Shown here: piece by piece, positions 57,312 through 64,000 of the stretch | Position numbering within the stretch: position 1 is the stretch's first letter | How the letters are laid out: each line of letters opens with the position of its first letter | Assembly: GCA_045593065.1 (NCBI GenBank) | Contig: JAZNVZ010000003.1 | Span: forward strand, 14,248 to 78,247 | Direction: 5' to 3' | Source of the DNA: Candidatus Enterousia sp. | Lineage (GTDB): Bacteria > Pseudomonadota > Alphaproteobacteria > Rs-D84 | Length of the DNA stretch: 64,000 nt | Program-made: the position numbers and the translations under genes | The notes under the pieces: model-generated | What the model was told of the DNA's origin: nothing | The model's database searches: none | Seen by the model: only the letters and a program-made list of their open reading frames with translations

Positions 57312-59393
57312 ATGTCTGTTGGAAAAACCGCGCCTTTACATATGTATCGTAACATAGGAATTATGGCGCATATTGATGCGGGTAAAACAACCACATCTGA
57401 ACGTATTTTGTTCTATACAGGTAAAACATATAAAATCGGCGAAGTGCACGATGGTGCCGCCACAATGGACTGGATGGCCCAAGAACAAGAACGCGGTATT
57501 ACAATTACTTCGGCTGCGACAACATGTTTCTGGCGCGATCATCGTATTAATTTGATTGATACCCCGGGGCACGTGGACTTTACAATGGAAGTAGAACGTT
57601 CTTTGCGTGTGTTGGACGGTGCGGTTGCGGTGTTTGAATCTGTGTCTGGTGTGCAACCACAAACTGAAACAGTGTGGCGTCAAGCCGACCGATATAATGT
57701 TCCACGTATTTGCTTTATTAACAAAATGGATCGTATTGGTGGTAATTTCTTCCGCTGTGTTGATATGATTCGTGAACGTTTGGGCGCAAATCCATTGGTT
57801 TTGAATTTCCCAATCGGCGCAGAATCTGATTTCCGTGGCGTGGTTGATGTTTTGGAAATGAAAGGTTTGATTTGGGAAGATGAAACTGGTTCTCATCCAG
57901 TTACAATAGAAATTCCCGAAGATTTAAAGGCCAAAGCACAAGAATTGCACGATAAATTGATTGAAGAAGCCGTAACCCAAGATGATGCCGCCATGGAAGC
58001 ATACATGGAAGGTAAAATCCCAGATAATGACACAATTAAAAAATTGTTGCGCAAGGGCGTGATTGCACAGAATTTTGTTCCTGTGTTGTGCGGTACTGCA
58101 TTTAAAAACAAAGGTGTTCAACCATTGTTGGATGCGATTGTTGATTATTTGCCATCGCCATTGGATATTCCTGCAATCAAAGGTACCAAAAAAGACGGTG
58201 AAACACCTGACGAACGTCATGCTGATGTCAAAGAACCTTTCAGTGCGTTGGCGTTCAAGGTTGCCAATGACCCATTCGTTGGAAATTTGATGTTTATCCG
58301 TATTTATTCTGGTAAATTGCAATCTGGTTCATACATTTATAATTCAACCCGTGATAAACGCGAACGTGTTGGCCGTATGTTGTTGATGCATGCGAATACC
58401 CGTGAAGAAATCAAAGAAGCATCTGCGGGTGATATTATCACATTGGTTGGTATGAAAGAAACAATTACAGGTGATACATTATGTGATGAAGCAAACCCAA
58501 TTATTTTGGAAAGCATCCATGTTCCAGAACCTGTGATTTCTATTGCGGTTGAACCAAAAACCAAGGCCGATATTGAAAAAATGTCTTTGGGTTTACAAGC
58601 GTTGGCCAAAGAAGACCCATCGTTCCGCGTTTCTGTGGACGAAGAATCTGGTCAAACAATTTTGTCTGGCGTTGGTGAATTGCACTTGGAAATTTTGGTT
58701 GACAGATTGCTGCGTGAATTCAAGGTCGATGTTAATGTTGGTGAACCACGTATCGCGTATCGTGAAACATTCCGCAAACCAGTTACCGAAGAATATACCC
58801 ACAAAAAACAATCTGGTGGTTCGGGTCAATATGCCCAAGTTAAAATTGAATTTGAACCATTGGAACCAGGTAAAGGGTACGAATTCGAAAATAAAATTGT
58901 CGGTGGTGCGATTCCAAAAGAATACATCCCTGGCGTTGAAAAAGGGTTAAAGATAGCACAACAAACAGGTGTTTTGATTGGCTATCCAACTGTGGATTTC
59001 AAAGCAACATTGGTTGATGGTAAATATCACGAAGTTGACTCTAATGTATTGTGCTTTGAAATTGCGGCACGTGCTTGCTTCCGCGAAGCGATGAAGAAAG
59101 CATCGCCAAAATTATTGGAACCGATTATGAAACTTTCGGTCAATACACCGGAAGAATATGTCGGTGACATTATCGGTGACTTGAACAGCCGCCGCGGTCA
59201 AATCAATGGTATCGAAACACAATTCGGTAACCAACTGATTTCTGCATTTGTTCCGTTGGCGAATTTGTTCGGTTACGTGAAAACCCTGCGTTCTTTGTCA
59301 CAGGGACGCGCAAACCCATACATGGAATTGTCGCACTATGACGAAGTCCCGCAAAATGTTGCCGATGAAGTCATAAAGAAAATGACAAAATAA
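57312..59393 (+). CDS. fusA: elongation factor G
   Basis: [16 protein letters not shown] and DTPGHVDF; 693 aa. Confidence 0.95.
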   Translation: MSVGKTAPLHMYRNIGIMAHIDAGKTTTSERILFYTGKTYKIGEVHDGAATMDWMAQEQERGITITSAATTCFWRDHRINLIDTPGHVDFTMEVERSLRVLDGAVAVFESVSGVQPQTETVWRQADRYNVPRICFINKMDRIGGNFFRCVDMIRERLGANPLVLNFPIGAESDFRGVVDVLEMKGLIWEDETGSHPVTIEIPEDLKAKAQELHDKLIEEAVTQDDAAMEAYMEGKIPDNDTIKKLLRKGVIAQNFVPVLCGTAFKNKGVQPLLDAIVDYLPSPLDIPAIKGTKKDGETPDERHADVKEPFSALAFKVANDPFVGNLMFIRIYSGKLQSGSYIYNSTRDKRERVGRMLLMHANTREEIKEASAGDIITLVGMKETITGDTLCDEANPIILESIHVPEPVISIAVEPKTKADIEKMSLGLQALAKEDPSFRVSVDEESGQTILSGVGELHLEILVDRLLREFKVDVNVGEPRIAYRETFRKPVTEEYTHKKQSGGSGQYAQVKIEFEPLEPGKGYEFENKIVGGAIPKEYIPGVEKGLKIAQQTGVLIGYPTVDFKATLVDGKYHEVDSNVLCFEIAARACFREAMKKASPKLLEPIMKLSVNTPEEYVGDIIGDLNSRRGQINGIETQFGNQLISAFVPLANLFGYVKTLRSLSQGRANPYMELSHYDEVPQNVADEVIKKMTK

Positions 59394-59492
59394 AAAAAAG
59401 ATTGCGATTTTTGATTTCTGGTTTATGATTGTATTCGAAACCAGATTTCAAGAATCTCGTTAACAAAACAAAGAAGCCCTAAGGAGAAACTC

Positions 59493-60680
59493 ATGGCAAA
59501 AGAAAAATATGTAAGAACCAAGCCACATGTCAATATTGGTACTATTGGTCACGTTGACCACGGTAAAACAACATTGACTGCTGCTATTGTGCACTATTAT
59601 GGTGTCGGTATTGACGCACAAAAAGGCGTTGATCAAATCGATAATGCACCAGAAGAAAAAGCACGTGGTATAACAATTAATACTGCCCACGTTGAATACG
59701 AAACAGCCAGCCGCCATTATGCGCACGTTGACTGCCCAGGACACGCGGACTATGTTAAAAACATGATTACTGGTGCGGCACAAATGGACGGTGCTATTTT
59801 GGTGGTTGCTGCAACTGATGGTCCAATGCCACAGACACGCGAACACATCTTGTTGGCACGCCAAGTGGGTATTCCAAAAATCGTTGTTTATTTGAACAAA
59901 TGCGATTTGGCGAACGATCCAGAATTGTTGGAATTGGTTGAAATGGAAATTCGTGAATTGTTGTCTGCTAATGATTTTGATGGCGACAATGCACCAATCA
60001 TCCGTGGTTCTGCTATTTCCGCATTGGAAGAAAAACAAGACGGTTTGGGCAAAGAATCTATTGATGCTTTGTTGAAAGCATGCGATGAATACATCCCAAT
60101 GCCAGAACGTCCAGTTGATAAACCTTTCTTGATGCCAATCGAAGACGTGTTCTCTATCACAGGTCGTGGTACAGTGGTTACAGGTCGTATCGAAGCTGGT
60201 GTTATCAAAGTTGGTGACGAATGTGAAATCGTTGGTTTGCGTCCAACACAAAAAACAACTGTCACAGGCGTTGAAATGTTCCGCAAATTGTTGGATCAAG
60301 GTGAAGCCGGTGATAACGTTGGTTTGTTGTTGCGTGGAACCAAGAAAGAAGATGTCGAACGTGGTCAAATTATCTGCAAACCAGGTTCTATTACACCACA
60401 TACAGATTTCGAAGCAGAAGTGTACATCTTGCAGAAAGAAGAAGGCGGACGTCATACTCCATTCTTCTCGAACTATCGTCCACAATTCTACTTCAGCACA
60501 ACTGATGTGACAGGTACTATTACATTGCCAGAAGGCAAAGAAATGGTATTGCCAGGTGATAACGTTCGTATCACAGTGCAGTTGATTGCACCTATTGCGA
60601 TGAGCGAAGGTCGCCGTTTTGCTATCCGTGAAGGCGGACGCACAGTTGGCGCAGGTGTTGTATCAAAAATCAACAAATAA
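59493..60680 (+). CDS. tuf: elongation factor Tu
   Basis: [32 protein letters not shown]...; 395 aa. Confidence 0.95.
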   Translation: MAKEKYVRTKPHVNIGTIGHVDHGKTTLTAAIVHYYGVGIDAQKGVDQIDNAPEEKARGITINTAHVEYETASRHYAHVDCPGHADYVKNMITGAAQMDGAILVVAATDGPMPQTREHILLARQVGIPKIVVYLNKCDLANDPELLELVEMEIRELLSANDFDGDNAPIIRGSAISALEEKQDGLGKESIDALLKACDEYIPMPERPVDKPFLMPIEDVFSITGRGTVVTGRIEAGVIKVGDECEIVGLRPTQKTTVTGVEMFRKLLDQGEAGDNVGLLLRGTKKEDVERGQIICKPGSITPHTDFEAEVYILQKEEGGRHTPFFSNYRPQFYFSTTDVTGTITLPEGKEMVLPGDNVRITVQLIAPIAMSEGRRFAIREGGRTVGAGVVSKINK

Positions 60681-60769
60681 TTAAATTGACAGCGGGGAAA
60701 AGTTTGTTAAACTTAATCCCCGCTGTTGCATGACAGTAAATAAACAAAAAAAATAAGGAAACGAACAAA

Positions 60770-61081
60770 ATGGTACCAACATCTAAAATTCGCATTAAAT
60801 TGACGGCGTTTGATCACCGTGTATTAGTTGAATCGGTTGACGAATTAGTCAAAACGGCCAAGCGCACTGGCGCAGATGTGGTGGGACCTGTTCGCTTGCC
60901 GACATTAATTCAAAAATTTACAGTCAATCGTTCTCCACACGTTGATAAAAAATCACGTGAACAATTCGAAATCCGCAATCACAAAGCGGTTGTCGATATT
61001 GTTAATCCAACCCCTCAGACAGTTGATGCCTTGATGAAATTGGATTTGGCGTCTGGTGTTGATGTAAAAATTAAATTGTAA
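60770..61081 (+). CDS. rpsJ: 30S ribosomal protein S10
   Basis: [21 protein letters not shown]...; 103 aa. Confidence 0.92.
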   Translation: MVPTSKIRIKLTAFDHRVLVESVDELVKTAKRTGADVVGPVRLPTLIQKFTVNRSPHVDKKSREQFEIRNHKAVVDIVNPTPQTVDALMKLDLASGVDVKIKL

Positions 61082-61141
61082 TTGTTAGGTTAATAAAAGG
61101 TGTGTTTGTTAACCTCTGGCAAATAAAAAAGGCATAAAAAA

Positions 61142-61861
61142 ATGAAACGTAGCGGATTAATTACAACAAAAATAGGAATGACCCGTCTGTATGATGATGC
61201 AGGCGTGGCACATGCTGTCACAGTATTGTCGGTTGGCGATTGTGCTGTGATTGGTAATCGTACAATGGACAAGAACGGCTATGTCGCTAACATCCTGGGG
61301 GTGTGCGAGGCCAAAGCAAAACATGTTGCAAAACCACAGGCGGTGGCGGCAGAAAAAAGCGGTATTAAACCATATCGCAAGGTTGTCGAATTCCGCGTAT
61401 CGGATGATTGTGTCATCCCAGCAGGAACACAATTATCTGCGTCTCATTTCGTTGTCGGACAATTTGTTGATGTCCAAGCGACCAGCAAAGGTAAAGGGTT
61501 CCAGGGCGCAATGAAACGTCATAACTTTGGCGGTAAAGAAGCATCCCACGGTGTGTTAAAGGCCCATCGTTCATTGGGGTCTACGGGTATGCGTGAATGG
61601 CCAGGCCGTGTTTTAAAAGGCAAAAAAATGGCCGGTCAAATGGGTAATGAAACCGTAACAGTACAAAATTTGAAAATCTTTGGCACAGATGTCGCTGAAA
61701 ATTTGATTTTTGTCGAAGGCGCTGTGCCAGGTGCAAACGGCACATTTGTCTTGGTGACAGATGCTGTTAAAAAAGAACAAACAGAATTGCCAGTCCCAAC
61801 AGCCACAAAAGCAGTTGAAACTGAAGCAAAAGCAACAACAGAAAATAATGTTGCAGAATAA
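61142..61861 (+). CDS. rplC: 50S ribosomal protein L3
   Basis: MKRSGLITTKIGMTRLY... Confidence 0.92.
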   Translation: MKRSGLITTKIGMTRLYDDAGVAHAVTVLSVGDCAVIGNRTMDKNGYVANILGVCEAKAKHVAKPQAVAAEKSGIKPYRKVVEFRVSDDCVIPAGTQLSASHFVVGQFVDVQATSKGKGFQGAMKRHNFGGKEASHGVLKAHRSLGSTGMREWPGRVLKGKKMAGQMGNETVTVQNLKIFGTDVAENLIFVEGAVPGANGTFVLVTDAVKKEQTELPVPTATKAVETEAKATTENNVAE

Positions 61862-61866
61862 GTAAG

Positions 61867-62496
61867 GTGGAAAAAATGCAATTAGATATTATAAATTTTG
61901 ATGGTAAATCTGTTGGCAAAGTCGATTTGGCTGACAGTGTATTCGGTGTTGCTCCACGTGCGGATATTTTGCATCGTGTTGTTACTTGGCAACGTGCAAA
62001 CGCCCGCGCAGGCACACATGCAGTGAAAACTGTGTCTGATGTCGCCGGCAGTGGCCGCAAGGCATTCAAACAAAAAAAGACAGGTAATGCGCGTCAAGGT
62101 GAAAGATATAATGTTCACATGCGCGGCGGTGGTGTTGTTCATGGCCCAGTCGTCCGTGATCACAGTATCGATTTGCCAAAGAAAATCCGTAGTTTGGGTT
62201 TGAAAATGGCTTTGTCTTCTAAATTACAAGATGGCAATTTGATTGTTATCGATTCTGAAAAATTAAAAACTGCAAAAACAAACACAATCGCAAAACAGTT
62301 GAAAAAATTGGATTTGAATTCTGTGTTGTTTGTAGGTGCCGCAGAATTGGATGAAAATTTCAAAAAATCTGTTGCGAACATCGTTAATGTCGATGCTTTG
62401 CCAACGATTGGTTTGAATGTTTTGGACATCTTGAAACATGAAAAATTGGTTTTGACAGCCGATGCCGTCAAATCCGTAGAGGCCAGATTGGCATAA
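61867..62496 (+). CDS. rplD: 50S ribosomal protein L4
   Basis: 209 aa protein in the position and with the pattern expected for L4. Confidence 0.9.
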   Translation: MEKMQLDIINFDGKSVGKVDLADSVFGVAPRADILHRVVTWQRANARAGTHAVKTVSDVAGSGRKAFKQKKTGNARQGERYNVHMRGGGVVHGPVVRDHSIDLPKKIRSLGLKMALSSKLQDGNLIVIDSEKLKTAKTNTIAKQLKKLDLNSVLFVGAAELDENFKKSVANIVNVDALPTIGLNVLDILKHEKLVLTADAVKSVEARLA

Positions 62497-62511
62497 CGAA
62501 AGGATTAAGAG

Positions 62512-62850
62512 ATGGCAGAAAAAAAAGTTAAAGAAAATAAAATCGTTGCGACAGCCGGGATTTATGATATACTGGTTCGTCCAGTTGTTTCAGAAAAATC
62601 TGCAAAATTGTCTGAAAGCAACGGCGTTGTGTTTGAAATCGCAATGTCTGCAACCAAGGCAGATGTTGTGCGTGCAATGCAAGCGATTTACGGTATTAAA
62701 CCAACCAAGGTAAATATTGTTATTACCAAAGGCAAGGTTAAAACTTTCCGTGGACGCAGCCGCGGCACACAGCGCGACATTAAAAAAGCATATGTGTCTT
62801 TACCAAAAGATGCCACATTGGATATGGCGGTAGCGGCACAGAGTAAATAA
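62512..62850 (+). CDS. rplW: 50S ribosomal protein L23
   Basis: IYDILVRPVVSEKS...; 112 aa. Confidence 0.9.
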   Translation: MAEKKVKENKIVATAGIYDILVRPVVSEKSAKLSESNGVVFEIAMSATKADVVRAMQAIYGIKPTKVNIVITKGKVKTFRGRSRGTQRDIKKAYVSLPKDATLDMAVAAQSK

Positions 62851-62915
62851 TCTCTTGGACAGAGAACCAGAATATAAATGGTGTTATTGTTCAAGATAAC
62901 AAAAGGTAGAAAAAA

Positions 62916-63749
62916 ATGGCATTAAAGCATTTTAAACCGGTTACCGCAGGAACACGTGGTTTGACATTGGTCAGCCGCGCGGAATTGCATCGCGGTAAAC
63001 CAGAAAAGGCCTTGACCGTTGGTTTGAAATCCCACGGTGGGCGTAATAATTTTGGTCAAGTGACCGTAATGCACCAAGGTGGCGGTCATAAACGCAGTTA
63101 TCGTTTAATCGATTTTAAACGCAAAAAGGTTGGTATGCCTGCGACAGTTGTTCGTTTGGAATATGACCCAAATCGTACAGCGTTCATTGCATTGATTGAA
63201 TACAAAGATGGTATTCGTTCATATATTTTGGCACCACGCGATTTAAAAGCAGGTGATATTGTTATTTCTGGTGAACGCGAAGATATTAAACCAGGTAATG
63301 CAATGCCATTGAAAAATATGCCAATCGGTACAATCGTGCATAATGTCGAATTAAAACCTGGTGCAGGCGGTCAGTTGGCGCGCAGTGCAGGTTGTTATGC
63401 CCAATTAATGGGTAAAGACGGTGTTTATGCCCAGATTAAAATGAACAGTGGCGAGTTGCGTAAAGTTCATTCCGATTGTTTGGCAACAGTTGGCGCGGTT
63501 TCTAACCCTGACCAACGCAATGTGAATTTGGGCAAGGCCGGTCGTGCCAGATGGTTGGGTGTTCGCCCATCTGTTCGTGGTATGGCGATGAACCCGAACG
63601 ATCACCCAATGGGTGGTGGTAATGGACATTCCAAGGGTCACGAACCAGTTTCACGTACAGGTATTCCAGCCAAGGGATATCGTACCCGTAGCAATAAACG
63701 TACAAGCCGGATGATTATCCGTAGCAGACATTTGGCGAAGAAAAAATAA
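62916..63749 (+). CDS. rplB: 50S ribosomal protein L2
   Basis: [15 protein letters not shown]...; 277 aa. Confidence 0.95.
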   Translation: MALKHFKPVTAGTRGLTLVSRAELHRGKPEKALTVGLKSHGGRNNFGQVTVMHQGGGHKRSYRLIDFKRKKVGMPATVVRLEYDPNRTAFIALIEYKDGIRSYILAPRDLKAGDIVISGEREDIKPGNAMPLKNMPIGTIVHNVELKPGAGGQLARSAGCYAQLMGKDGVYAQIKMNSGELRKVHSDCLATVGAVSNPDQRNVNLGKAGRARWLGVRPSVRGMAMNPNDHPMGGGNGHSKGHEPVSRTGIPAKGYRTRSNKRTSRMIIRSRHLAKKK

Positions 63750-63768
63750 TAAAAAAACGGAGTAAATG

Positions 63769-64000
63769 ATGTCTCGTTCAGTATGGAAAGGTCCTTATAT
63801 TCATCCGTCACTTTTAAAGAAAGTCGCGGTTGCAAATGAGAAAAATGACCACAAACCTATTAAAACATGGTCCCGCGGTAGCACAATCGTGCCACCAATG
63901 GTTGGTTTAACATTTGAAGTACACAATGGTAATAAATTTATTCCTGTGTCTGTTGTCGAAGATATGATTGGACACAAATTGGGTGAATTTGCACCAACAC
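63769..64000 (+). CDS. rpsS: 30S ribosomal protein S19 (3'-truncated by window end)
   Basis: [19 protein letters not shown]...HNGNKFIPV...; runs off the window. Confidence 0.88.
   Translation, partial: MSRSVWKGPYIHPSLLKKVAVANEKNDHKPIKTWSRGSTIVPPMVGLTFEVHNGNKFIPVSVVEDMIGHKLGEFAPT

Noticed and set aside
59460-60485. 341-aa minus-strand ORF covering most of tuf
   Set aside because: It is antisense to EF-Tu, whose identity is beyond doubt. The translation is Cys/Phe/Trp-rich junk. Long antisense ORFs are common in highly expressed, biased genes.

Overview
This 64 kb window is a low-GC (about 38-40%) chromosomal segment with A/T-rich third codon positions. It is most consistent with a reduced-genome alphaproteobacterium (S12 and EF-Tu sequences, LpxI, an alphaproteobacterial-type short HTH regulator, gatCAB order). 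I could not assign it to a genus from sequence alone. The housekeeping backbone includes miaB (partial), gatCAB, ruvX, sufBC, rpsT, plsY, dprA, dnaA, parE, dnaJ, pgsA, uvrC, rluC, asmA, cdaA, dnaN, efp, fba, tolB, plsC, ftsEX, rlmD-like, lpxI, rbfA, lepA, acpP-fabF, tRNA-Phe, tRNA-Pro and the str/S10 ribosomal operon (rpsL-rpsG-fusA-tuf-rpsJ-rplCDWB-rpsS). Seven accessory features stand out. The first is a three-member family of Sec-exported fibre-repeat proteins with phage-tail-fibre-like repeats, conserved N- and C-terminal modules, and near-identical intragenic DNA repeats. The second is a tandem triplet of small Cys-rich paralogs translationally chained to a P4-type tyrosine integrase, about 1.8 kb from a tRNA-Pro whose 3' end is duplicated as an att-like repeat. 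The third is an (AC)14 contingency locus that currently holds a small exported coiled-coil/TM protein out of frame. It is coupled to a paralog and a Cys-rich secreted protein. The fourth is an orphan TcpQ/PilL-like protein plus a PilN-type lipoprotein secretin with a near-consensus sigma70 promoter, and a separate orphan type IV pilin. The fifth is a TrbC/VirB2-like small membrane protein. The sixth is an orphan BrnA-like antitoxin. The seventh is two families of GC-rich palindromic (REP/RPE-like) repeats at three loci. No rRNA, CRISPR or IS transposase was found.
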